This document shows, in pieces, positions 10,468 to 21,698 of a stretch of 64,000 nt of DNA. How positions within the stretch are numbered: position 1 is the first letter of the stretch; each line of letters starts with the position of its first letter. The stretch comes from Lytechinus pictus. Its lineage: Eukaryota. The stretch is taken from positions 496,001 to 560,000 of the forward strand of contig NC_087252.1 in assembly GCF_037042905.1 (NCBI RefSeq). Direction: 5' to 3'. A program made the position numbers and the translations under genes. The notes beneath the pieces are model-generated. The model was given only the letters and a program-made list of their open reading frames with translations, did not search any database and was not told where the DNA came from.

Positions 10468-10748
10468 TGGGGGTGCGGTTTATACACGGGTGCGGTTAAT
10501 ACACCGTTACTTACGGTACTCCTAAAAAGGCGGGAAAGAATTAGCCAATGAGCAGAGAGGGAAAGAGTAAGTCAAAGTTGGTAGAAGTACAGAGAGGGAG
10601 AAAGAGTACTAAAGATAAAGTTGGCAGATATAATGTGAAATATAGATTCATTTTACACATTATATACTGAAATGAAATAATAAAACAAAGTATCCTTTTG
10701 ACTAGCTTTTTAAGGAAATATTATACAAGAAAAATCCAATTTACAACA
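9078..10748 (-). repeat. 5' LTR interrupted by a 1078-bp DNA element
   Basis: 9078-9438 plus 10519-10748 equals 591 bp, matching the 3' LTR. Confidence 0.97.
9439..10516. mobile_element. Non-autonomous pogo/Tc1-mariner-like element
   Basis: Perfect 28-bp TIR CCGTAAGTAACGGTGTATTAACCGCACC, TA TSD, subterminal GGGGGTGCGGTTTATACACGG repeats, no transposase ORF. Confidence 0.93.
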
Positions 10749-12053
10749 GAAACAACACCAACAAAAGCATGATTTTTTCCACCCAAAATTTTGTCTCACT
10801 GAGGTCAGAAGCCCATTTGTTTTGTGTGTGATTGACAACAAAAATCCTTATCAAAACAAAAGTAGATGGTGAATTTTTAAAGTAGACGGTGAAAAGGGGT
10901 AATTTTTCATGAGGAATCTGATTATCACATTTTTATTTGCCGCCAAGGTAATCCTTTTGCAGCAAATGTAAACAAAGGAAATTGGTCTCCAAAACTGGAG
11001 ACTGTCTCTGAAATTGGATACCCAAATTCTTCACAAAAGTCTCTGATTTTGGAGATAATCTCCCACAATGGAGACAGTCTCCAATATTGGCCGTGCGCCT
11101 CTACTGCTAAAGAGTAAAGGCGGACGAAAATCCCCCCCCCCCATTGAGATCGACATTGCCACTATTGCCAGAGCTGCGCTAGACCAAAAGCTTCGGTCTC
11201 TGTTATGTTGGTTGTTCAGCTGAACTCCGTTGGCTTCACTCACCAAATACAGAGACCGAAGTTCTAGCGCGATCTGTACAGGGGACTCAATGGCCATATG
11301 TTTATGTACTTAAGATCGGATAAAACGGGGAAGTGAATTTGCGCGACAGCCGAGGTAAGTCACTGTTTTTGTTCCTTTTACCTTGATTTTTCTCCGTTTT
11401 TTGGCAATTAATGCCAAGAGGGAATATTAATTTGCATTTTGGTCGCGTTAATTTTCAAAATTTTTATTCATTAAAGACAAAAATTGAAAAGCCCCGACGG
11501 GGGGATTTTGCATTGCAAGTCCCCTAATGGTGGCTGCACGCTAGCGAGCCGTCTGTGTACGAGGAGAAATTAAAATAAAAAAAATGTTAAAAAACTCCTC
11601 GAAACAGACGGCTGCCAGCTGTCTAGAGCTGCGCATGCGCGCGTTGCAGAGGTTGTCTGTCCAAATCAATATTACACGTACCGTATAGTCAATAGTACTA
11701 AATAGAACCAAATCTGCAAACAATATGAAAGTAAACATCAAGCCGCGTCAAACCCGGCGGATATGGTTCCGATTAAAAACGATATCGGCCAGTTAGAACG
11801 ATATCTGCCGGTGGAACCAAATCCGCCGCTACACCGGCGGCCACCGCCGCGCTGCACAGTCACAAACCATTGATTGCAAACGGGCACCACACACAGACAG
11901 TGACTAGTGAGACATGGCATGAATCATGCCATGATCAACAGACGGGACGGGACACAGTGCAGTCTCACTCTCATCTCAGACTCAGTCAGAATCTCACCAC
12001 CAGCTCACTCAACACAAATGACAAGAAATGAAGAAAATACTGTTTTTTCTCAC

Positions 12054-12068
12054 CTTACGCCGTCCCAT
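12054..12068 (-). CDS. Probable first coding exon (MGRRK) of an unidentified divergent gene
   Basis: Minus strand caATG GGA CGG CGT AAG|GTGAGA, a strong donor, about 560 bp from the ABHD10 start in head-to-head orientation. Confidence 0.45.
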
Positions 12069-12630
12069 TGAAATGAGCGCTTGGATAGAATGGTTAACAA
12101 ATAGATCTTTCCACTTAAAATCTTCAAAATGTCGAGAATTCTTTTAAATATCGTTCAGATTGTGTGAAGTTTCGATACGGAAAGCGTAATTCGTCGAATG
12201 AATGAGTACGAAGTTGCCAATCTCGAATTAATTGTGTTACCTGCAAAATTTTGAAAATTATAGCCTAATAATATTATTATTTGATTAAAAATAAAATAAA
12301 ATAAAATATTTCTAACTTTTATAAATTTATTTAATTCATATAAGAAATTAATATAGTTATTATTGTCATATTTGTTACAAAAATCTTAATTCTTAATACT
12401 TCATCCGAAATTGGAAAACCTAAACCGCGGAAACTTGGCGTTGCAATCATAATTTTGATGAGATTTTAATAAAATTTGGGGAATGAATCACAATGATTTG
12501 AATTAAAAATATTATAATAGAAATAAATTTATATTAAAAATATTTTAGCATAAGAAACGAACACCTTATTCAGACATGTTGGTTGGTCCGCATTCAATAT
12601 TCTAATAAGTGGCTGTTTTCTGAAAACAAA

Positions 12631-12920
12631 ATGTCAGCGCCCTTGTGCTATTTTCGGTCTTGTTTAAATTTTCGCATGTTCTGTCTTTCTGCTCCCAAAT
12701 CTAACTCCCGTCTGCAAATCCAGCAGCGATTCATGATGACAGACGACAGGGAGAGTCTAGAACATTTACAAAGGACACACACGTCATCTATAGCTTTTCG
12801 TCAAACGCCCGGGAAAGATCCGGGCGTCGTGTTTTTACCGGGATACATGAGCAACATGACCGGCGGAAAAGCCGTGGCACTGGAGGGCTACTGCAGGCGG
12901 CGTGGGCATGCCTTTGTTCG
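12631..12920 (+). CDS. ABHD10: ABHD10-like exon 1
   Basis: aaaATGtca start; ends GHAFV-R at cg|gtacgt. Confidence 0.88.
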
Positions 12921-15900
12921 GTACGTGATATATTTATCTCGTTCCGCTTCAGTGATTTGTTAAGCCACTTAAGGTCCTGACTATGAATCCTGACTCGGGA
13001 GTCGACATAACATACAATGCAAGAAGAATAGGCTCCGAAGAATATGCCGATATCTAGACTATAAATGTATAATTGATTAGAAATTAATACAATTTATACT
13101 AGAGTAGGCTTAACTTTAATTTAATTTTACTATTTGTATTTTTAGAATCTTAAAAGTTAAACGTCAGTTTTTTGTTTTGAATTCTAATGACTGTTACTTG
13201 TCAAAATTAATTGGAAAATTATGACTGAACTTCTTTATTTTTCTTACATGTAAAAAAGTTAGATCTAGATCTAACTTTTTTTTGGTAGTATAGTGAGTGA
13301 TTGTATTACTATTACCGTAAATACCGACCAGCCTTGTATTACCGAACGCGCGCATCGTAGCATCAGAAAATAATTTTATATGCTCAAAACTTTGCAACAT
13401 TCTTCCAAAGGGAACTTGAATAGAAAGATTATGAAAAATGGTCAAAAACACATTTTCAAAATATTAATATTTCTAAAAGTGATAAAATATGGTAAAAATA
13501 GCTCATCACTAGACATCAGTAATTTTGTTGTTTTCTCAACTTATCCCATAGAAAACACACGTTCGGTAATACGATACCTTTATCAAGTGACCATATATTT
13601 CACATGCGAAGAGGGGTCCGATTGGAAGCTAATATCGTAAAAAGGAAAAATGATTTTGGCAAAACTTTTACATATTTATATTTTGAAGGTAATTGTGTAT
13701 TTAAGGTGAAAGTTTGGTGATTTTTATGAGAATAATGTGTTTGATATGATTGAATTCATGAAAAGTGTTCGGTAATACGATCCACTACCATACAGTCAGT
13801 GAGTCATGTACCAATAGCTAATTTATAACCAAACTTTCTTAACAAAATTTTGTTCTAAACTAAAGTTATGTCTAAATGTTCTGGAGATTTTTAGATTTAA
13901 ATGTAGACTAGTTCTACATTTAAATCCCCAAAACTTCTAGACCTAACATAAGTTTAGAACAAAATTTTGTTAAGAAATCGAATGTTTGGTCAAGAAATTA
14001 GCTACAACATGACTCATTGACTGTACTATACTAACAAAAAAAAGTTAGATCTATTCTAGATCTGTCTAAATGTAGTGTCTTTGAAATGAGTCTAGATGTA
14101 GTAGTACATGAGTACAGTGTCAAAATTTTAGTTAATTGGTCAGACATTTAAATAATACTAAGTACTAGCATGACTAGGTCTATAGAAGAATCAAATGTAG
14201 GCCTATTGTATATCTACATGATTATTTATTTACATTGTTGTGATTATTTGATGTCTAATCATCATTATTGTGAACAATTAATAATCATCATAACCATATT
14301 TTGGTCCATCAATTTCTCAGTAGTAATCATCATCATCTTGATTTGTCTTTGCTATCACCATCACCATGGTCATTGTCATCAATTTACCATCATCAGTTAC
14401 TGTAACCGAAATTGATTCCCATCATTGACATAATTGTCATCACCACCATTTGCCATCATCGTCATCTTCATATTCTTTATCAAAATAATAAACTCGTAGT
14501 GGAACTCATGCCATCAATTTATCACCACTATCTTTATCTTTATCATCATCATCATTACTGTACCATCATCAACATCAACACCACCACCATCTTTACAATC
14601 ATCATCACCCTCCTCATCTCCACCACCACCATCATCGTCATCATCATCCTCTCCACCATCCTTGTCATCACCATCATGTATAATTACTTGTAGTCATTGT
14701 CATGACGTCATTGTCATCAATTTATCATCATCATACTTGCCATATTTAAAAGTCTTCTTTTTTACCCACCAGCTTTGACTACCAAGGCTTAGGTGAGTCT
14801 ATTGGGGAGATGAGGAAAGGAGAAAAGATGTTTGACGTATGGAAGTCAGATGCTCTTGCTGTTCTGGATGAACTAACTGTAGGGCCTCAGGTGAGAAATT
14901 AAAAAAAAATGTTAATTCGACCAAATTCTCTATCTTACTCTGTCTGTTTGTCGGTTCCCCCCTTCTTATTTCTCTCACTTCACCTCTAATTTTTCTTCCC
15001 TTCACTTTTTCTTTTTTTTTTCCTCCTTCTCGCCTTCCCCCTCTCTATAATTATAAATCTCTCTCTCTCTGTCTCTTTTCTTCCTTCCTCTTTCTCTCTC
15101 TTCCCCACTCTACCTTACTCTCTTAATTTTTCTCCTTTCTTCTCTGTTGCTATTCATATGTCTTTTTACTTTCAAGGGGAGGGAGGGGGGGGGGGTGTTT
15201 TGCTCTCCCTTTTTACAATTTACAATTTTTTGTCAGGGTGAACTTCCCCTTTAATCGTTTGTATTTCTGTTGTTACTATTTATAAAAGCAAACAAGCTGT
15301 GTCAGATTAAGAAACAAAGTTCTGCTGACCACCCCCCCCAAAAAAAAAAAAAATCTTCTTAAATATGACTATTAGAACCTTTTCAATCCATTATCATTTT
15401 ATTTTAGATTCTTGTTGGTTCCAGTATGGGCGGGGCCATTATGCTGCTTTTAGCATTAGAGAGACCAGAACGTATCCACTCACTGCTTGGGGTAGCTACT
15501 GCAGTACAGTTTGACAGACCAATGTCTGAGCAGAAGAGGGGCCATGTCCATGAGGTAAGTAGTGTAGCCTTAAAAGTAAAATAAAGGGAAAAAAAACAAG
15601 GAGAAGAAGAGAATATTCTCTTCTTCATCTTAAGAATTACACAGGGGTTTAAAAAAAATCATGTTATTTATCCTTTTTAGAGACAAAGTACATTACTAAT
15701 ATAATAAAACAAAAAAAGGTGAATAACTATTCAAATTCTATAAAGAATAATACAGTTTATGTTGGAACGCCATTGTGAGCCAAACCTCAATGGTATTGGT
15801 TATAAAGCAAAATCATACAGCAAGGAAGAGGGTTGATAATGTTTTCTGCATGGTAAATGGCTATATTGAAGTTTTGAAATGTATTGCTGCCTGGGCGGCA

Positions 15901-16629
15901 AAGGGGAGGCATAAGCGTTAGAATCATCGCCTTCTGCCTGGCCAACAACAGGAATGGAAATTGATGTAGGTACATGTATAAATTCTAAGTAAAAGAAACC
16001 ACCCTTATGCCAGTCAGGCGATATCCATCCTAAGAGAAAGGTATGATTGATATTAAACATAATTAATTTTTTTTATGTCTATAATGTGTTTTTTGTATAG
16101 TATATTTCCATAAAGATGAAACTAGCTTTATTAGTTGTTTTCTGCTGCTTTGCTTTCATTCATTGTGAGAATGTATGTTTCATTTTCTAATTACCAATCT
16201 TGTTATTGTGAGTATGTAATGATAATCCTACTACTACTTTGGGATATAATGTGAATACAGAATGAGAAAAAAAATGCTTGATATATATTAAAGGACTAAA
16301 AGAGAAGGGTTTAATCCAATGATTTTCTTTCCTTGCAGGCCCGAGGTTCAATCCCCAGTGACTCATCCTACACCGCTCCGCACAACTTTGTAGATAAACA
16401 CTACACACGATGCCTCAATCAAAACCCTATGCCTGTCAAGCAGCCTATTCGGTTGATACACGGAATGAAAGATGATGTCGTTCCCTTCCAAACGTCGGTT
16501 TCCCTCGCTGAGCGCCTGGAGAGCAAGAACGTGGATGTTATCCTACGCAAAGAGGGCGCTCATCGCATGTCGGAACCTGAAGATATTCGCCTCCTTGTGG
16601 ATTGCCTCGAGGAGCTGTTGAAATTATGA
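12631..16629 (+). CDS. ABHD10: ABHD10-like alpha/beta hydrolase, 281 aa; exons 12631-12920, 14773-14890, 15408-15554, 16339-16629
   Basis: GT-AG introns join in frame (846 nt); motifs PGVVFLPGYMSNMTGGKA, VRFDYQGLGES, ILVGSSMGG (Ser nucleophile), LIHGMKDDVVP (Asp), GAHRMSEPEDI (His); basic N-terminus resembling a mitochondrial presequence. Confidence 0.9.
13793..14023. mobile_element. Foldback MITE with TA TSD in ABHD10 intron 1
   Basis: ta-cagtcagtgagtcatg ... catgactcattgactg-ta; palindromic over nearly its whole length. Confidence 0.75.
14310..14735. repeat. Degenerate (CAT)n microsatellite
   Basis: catcat/caccac runs. Confidence 0.8.
14773..14890 (+). CDS. ABHD10: ABHD10-like exon 2
   Basis: ccag|c ttt gac tac; encodes FDYQGLGES...WKSDALAVLDELTVGPQ; ends |gtgag. 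Confidence 0.9.
15408..15554 (+). CDS. ABHD10: ABHD10-like exon 3
   Basis: tttag| ILVGSSMGGAIMLLLALERPERIHSLLGVATA...HE |gtaagt. Confidence 0.9.
16339..16629 (+). CDS. ABHD10: ABHD10-like exon 4
   Basis: ttgcag| ARGS...PIRLIHGMKDDVVP...GAHRMSEPEDIRLL...TGA. Confidence 0.9.
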   Translation, partial: ARGSIPSDSSYTAPHNFVDKHYTRCLNQNPMPVKQPIRLIHGMKDDVVPFQTSVSLAERLESKNVDVILRKEGAHRMSEPEDIRLLVDCLEELLKL

Positions 16630-16659
16630 AGCCATCCTGATCCAGGTATGATGTTTATA

Positions 16660-17380
16660 TCCACTTGACTTGGTCTTAATGGCAGATGGTCTTAATTCTC
16701 AGACTGTCTAACATCACCGTGGCTTAATCCACTTGGTCTACTAGCAGATGGTCTAATTCTCAGATTGACTGTTAATTAGCATCTCGGCTAAACCTACTTG
16801 GTCTATCATCAATTCAGTTTGGTCCAACCGCCACTTTGTCTAATACTCACTTGGTCTAAATATCACTTATTCCAATGCCCAGATTGGTCTTATTTCTACT
16901 TTGTCTACATACATGTATTATTTTGCACTTTGTCAAATTAAAATTTGGTTAATAAACATTTCATTTCATTTATTTTCATATTTCTCATATTGACATCTGA
17001 TTCACATAAAAAGCAGCAACAATAATGTAAAACGATTAAATTATAAACAACTGGGAAGTATATAATTGCATAATATAATGATACAATCAGTTGAGTTATA
17101 AGGTAAAAGCTTAATTTAAGTTTAAGAAATGTAATGGGACCTACATGAAAGCAAGCTTGTAAAAATGAAGGCCCCGAATGTAATTTAATTTAATCATATA
17201 CATGTAGTAAGCGGTGTTAGATGGAATGGATATTTAGATGAAATGGATTATAGCCTAACTGAAAATTAGACAAAACAATAAATGTGCTCAGTGACAATCA
17301 GACCAAATTATGATTAGACCATATTGATGAGACCAAACGGGGGTAGACAAAGTGGGAATAAACCAAGTGACAATTTACCT
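16660..17380. repeat. Degenerate element with ccacttggtcta-type subrepeats, inverted at the two ends
   Basis: cacttggtcta repeats at 16660-16900 versus agaccaa repeats at 17200-17380. Confidence 0.55.
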
Positions 17381-17889
17381 TGTATGAAAGACCAGTGGAA
17401 CGTTAATTGCAATCAGAGGAATTATCTCTCTTGCTTGAAATAATTTAGATTGAAAGTATCAATTTATTATATTATTAAGGCAGGAACGTTTATAGTTATG
17501 CATGAAATATCTTGAAAAGATGTTCAAAATGAATGCTGCATATTAATGAATAGTATTCAAGGAATATTAGTGAGCAACGCCTTGAGCATTTCTAGTTACC
17601 AAAGTGGAAATGGCGCTATTAAGATATCATGTATTATTATTATTTATGAATTATTACCTTTGGTAAAAGCGATGTGTCTCTATTACTTCCTTGCCAGTAT
17701 GAAAATGCTTTAATTCTGGTTGGGCTTAACACCTAAAACCAATAAGTGACCAAATGGTCTCAAAAGTTATCCAAGACTTGAAGCAAAAATCCTTGAAACA
17801 AAGCAGTGCGAAACTTTGACATTAAAGATTTTTCACAAAAAATGTCAGGGGGGACTTAAAGGCTCCATCCTTGTCTCCAATAATGGGTT

Positions 17890-18065
17890 AGAGCGTGGGG
17901 GCAACTTAGTCTAGTGGTCATAACTCTTGTCTTTCAATCAGAGGGACGTGGGTTCGATTCCAAGCAATGGTGTGTTTACCTTTAACAAGAAATTGTGCTG
18001 CACTCAACCCAGGTGAGGTGAATGGGTACCCGGCAAGAAGAAACTCCTTGAATGCTTGAGCGCCT
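17890..18065 (+). mobile_element. tRNA-derived SINE
   Basis: A box tagtctagtgg, B box ggttcgattcc, core tgctgcactcaacccaggtgaggtgaatgggtacc. Confidence 0.8.
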
Positions 18066-18358
18066 ATATGTAATAATAGCAGTGTACCCTCAGCCCCCTA
18101 AAAAACACACTATACATTTAGATCCAAGTTTTATTTAATTTCATTAATAGTAGACCACAAAAAACTGTTTTATTTGGTAAATTTTAACTCTGTAGAGAAA
18201 AATTGCCTCAACCTGGGCAATTATTTGTCCAAAAAAAGGTGGACTACTGGACAGTATTAACTCATTTAATCCATTAAGTACTTAATTCTGTAATTTTGAT
18301 AGGCTTTGCACAGGAACCACCCAAATCCAGTTGGCAATGGGTTAAGTGCATAGTAATA

Positions 18359-19154
18359 CAGTGCGTCCCACAAAAAACGAAACCGAGATTTATCGATGAT
18401 TTATCATAACTTCATCACAAATACAATAGACAAGTGACCTACCATTGTAAAGCTTAGAATATCTTCATCTGATATTACTTAGATTATTCCTCATTCACGC
18501 ATGAGTGAGCAAAATCAATTTGAAGAAAGGATACCAAAAACTCATTTGGCGGGGGGTATCTGAATTTCAAAAAGAAAATCACATTCCTAAAAAGTTCAAT
18601 ATCTGCTCTTTTATTTGATACCTTAATCACAGAATATGGTCAAGAAGTGAAGAAGTTCTGTTCCCTCGAAACAATGCTTGTATTTCCATAATTTCATTAA
18701 ATAAACATGTTTTCAACAGTTTCCTACAGAAGCTATCGCACGCACGGTTAACAAAATACTTAATGCATGGCTGATCGTCAACAAACGGCGTGTCGAGTGA
18801 CTCAGAACGCTAGCCTGTAAAACCTCTTCATTTTATGAAATTACTGAAATTCAAGCTTTTTTTTAATAAGCAGAACTTTGTTATTTTTTAACCATTTTCT
18901 GTAATTGAGGTATCAAATAATGAGCAGATATTGAACTTTTTAAAAATGTGGTTTTCTTTTTGAAATCCAGATACAGCCCGCCAAGTGACTCTTTGGTATC
19001 CCCTCTCCAAATTGTCTTTGCTCACTCATGCGTAATTTAAGATGAAAGAGGAGATTCTAAGCTTTACAATGGTAGGTCACTTGTCTATTGTATTTGTGAT
19101 TAAGTTATGATAAATCATCGATAAATCTCGGTTTCGTTTTTCTGGGATGCACTG
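18359..19154. mobile_element. Tc1/mariner-like MITE with long TIRs and TA TSD
   Basis: ta-cagtgcgtcccacaaaaaacgaaaccgagatttatcgatg ... catcgataaatctcggtttcgtttttctgggatgcactg-ta. Confidence 0.88.
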
Positions 19155-19903
19155 TATATGTAGATTGATTGATTCTTTCTTGCCATTTAAGTGCCTTGAA
19201 TAGTGAGCTTCCAAATTCCTTTGTTTTTTATAAGATGACAATACACACATTCTAGTAGTTGCAGCAAACAATTATTTTATGAGAGTCTTTTAAATCAAGG
19301 TTGATTTTTGCCATATATAGATCTTGGACATTAATGTAAACTTGCCTTCGTGAAATCATGAAATCTTAGCTAAAAAAAAAGATAATTCTGATGATCACTA
19401 ACACAGAAAAACATATGTGGGAGAGTGTATCAATATTGATTGAAAAATATGCGACATTTATGGAATTCCGTGCTTATTTTGCTCATTTTCTTCTAGAGCT
19501 ATTTGACATATTTTTTTATTCATATATACATGTACAAACACTTTGGTGGTAATTTTATTGGATTCTGTTTGAATTAATTTTTTTGATCGTGACCACAACT
19601 GGTATTTATCTTTAATTACAATGTTGTAATTAAAGTTCATTCATTGCTCGTTTCTTTTATATTCACGTGTAATACCTTTATTTGAATACGATTCTTAAAA
19701 ATACCGGTACAAATGAAAATCCTGAATCTGCAATATTGCTTTCTTGTATCTGAATTTCTGTTATTCCTGAGTTGCCAACAATTGACATTCAAAACAATTT
19801 TCTTTTAAGATTTCTTTTCAACAACATGCTGAATATTATTTATGATGTGAGTTTTATGTATTTCAATCAATGTTTTTTTCTAATAAGAATCAAGTGATAT
19901 TAT

Positions 19904-20205
19904 GGGGGTGTTTCATAAAGCTGTTCGTACTTTAAAAGTGACTTAAAGAACTACTTGTGATCCTTTCTTGTGGTAAATGATATTCACCATTAATTGGTGA
20001 TTATTTAGCATCACCTGAGAACTGAGAAAGGTTCACCAGTCGTTCTTAAAATTAAGCGCGACTTTAAGAACGACTGGTGATGCTTTCTTGTGGTAAATGG
20101 TTTACACCGAAATGTTCATTGGTGATGGTTTAGCATGTGAGAAAGGTTCACCAGTCGTTCTTAAAGTTGCTCTTAACTTACGAACAGCTTTATGAAACTT
20201 CTCCC
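19904..20205. mobile_element. PIF/Harbinger-like MITE (other copies at 33438-33596 and 38375-38541)
   Basis: gtttcataaagctgttcgta ... tacgaacagctttatgaaac; shared gactggtga internal motifs. Confidence 0.75.
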
Positions 20206-20218
20206 AGTGCATACATGT

Positions 20219-20853
20219 AGGGGAAGGCGGGGTAAGTTGAGCATAGGGGCAAGTTGAGCCACCACCCCCAGGCCAATAATGAATGAGTCAGACATTGTGG
20301 TGGTGTCATTTATTGATGACCCTTTACATAACCATTTACCCCACCACATTGTTTTCGACTTTGAAACAAAAAGTACTTTTTTAGTGGGAAAAATACAAAT
20401 TTTAGCCAAAAAAGTAAAAAGGGTGTAAAATAGATCAGTGTTTTTTACCCACACATGTCTTTAAATATAATAAAGAAATAAGAACAATATTGTTAGTCCA
20501 GGTATGGATCTTCATTCTTGTCATAGTCTTTTACATGATGGATGCATAAGAAATGTGTGGATGTGAAAATATCGCATTAAGTTAGGACTGGGGTACTTTG
20601 AGCCAGCCAACATGGGGCAAGTTGAGCCATGGTAATTCGTATGGTAATGTATAATAGAAAAGAAACAAACCTTGAATAGCCATGATATGCAGGCAGAAAG
20701 GTGCAAATTTACATGACAGTTCTTTTACTTTTAGAGGATGTTAGTATTTATAGAGAATTAGCAAAACTTGTGAAAAGACTTGAAATAAAAAATTGACATG
20801 CTGGTTCTTCCCACATACATTTTGTACATAGTTTTTGTGGCTCAACTTACCCC
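20219..20853. mobile_element. TIR DNA element remnant
   Basis: ggggtaagttgagc repeats at the left end, gctcaacttacccc at the right end. Confidence 0.6.
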
Positions 20854-21557
20854 ACAAGGAACACAAAGGTTAGCGATTGATTGCTAATTTCAAAGAACAA
20901 TTCTGATTGGTTCATAGTCAGTCTACTTAGCAAGATGCGCATGCAACAAGGATTTTAATTGCTCATTTCATTAAACGATTAATCGCTAATCTTTGTGTTA
21001 CGGCGCCTGGATTGATTCAATCAATGCTCTGTATTGTACCTCTTCAAACTGTTCTGAAGTTTGGAAGATTTTAATGATCCCAAAAGAATTGGATCTATTG
21101 AGGCCACAGAAATCTGTTCAACTAATTAACTAGTAAGTACAACATACTTTGTGCTTTTTGGTCCGAAAACTACTTTTACTTTATTGTCTTAGAGAAGGTT
21201 GACTTTATAATCAGACTCAGGTGTGCAATGTATAGATGGACATGTATGTTTGAAAAAAATATTTATTCGCTATTAAATCTAACTAGTAATGATTACTGGT
21301 AATTTATAATCTTTATATTTGTTTTGCTATTTTTGTCATTGAACGTAGTCAATTGTTCATTACTTGTATTATGTGTTCTTACTTTGTTAAGGGTAAATGG
21401 ATCGAAATAATTTTCTGCATTTTAATAGTGATGAATCCCATTTTCTAACATTGAGTACTCTGATATTACATGTACATTATAACTTAAGAAACTTGTATGC
21501 TAATTTGTTTTCTACTAGAGCACAATAAAACCTTTTCACCAATTCGAGCCGCTTCTT

Positions 21558-21698
21558 TGGCCCGTTTCATAAAGAGTTACAACTATTGTAACTTCCATGG
21601 TAACCTTGATTTTGATTGGCTGCTGGGCCCTTTTACCATGGTAGTTACCATTATGGCAAAGTTACAACAGTTGCAAGTCCTTTATGAAACGGGCCCCT
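21558..21698. mobile_element. Palindromic MITE
   Basis: ggcccgtttcataaagag ... ctttatgaaacgggcc. Confidence 0.75.

Larger units (their letters stand above)
2519..10748 (-). mobile_element. Full-length Ty3/Gypsy LTR retrotransposon
   Basis: Paired TG...CA LTRs, 4-bp TSD GAAA (2515-2518, 10749-10752), PBS, PPT, gag with CCHC knuckle, pol in PR-RT-RH-IN order. Confidence 0.98.
2426..11106. mobile_element. Non-autonomous TIR DNA element (~447 bp when empty), split by the Gypsy insertion
   Basis: CAGTAGAGGCGCACGGCCAATAT... at 2426 is inverted relative to ...ATATTGGCCGTGCGCCTCTACTG ending at 11106; 5-bp direct repeat CTAAA at 2421-2425 and 11107-11111. Confidence 0.85.

Noticed and set aside
9588..10499. 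ORFs inside the pogo-like element as a transposase
   Set aside because: No DDE/D or HTH motifs; short, and crossing a poly-T run
12054..12068. Naming the MGRRK exon as ELOF1
   Set aside because: Five residues are insufficient and no downstream ELOF1-like exon is visible in the window
17890..17975. Possible tRNA gene
   Set aside because: A and B boxes are present but the acceptor stem is degenerate and the sequence continues into a SINE core
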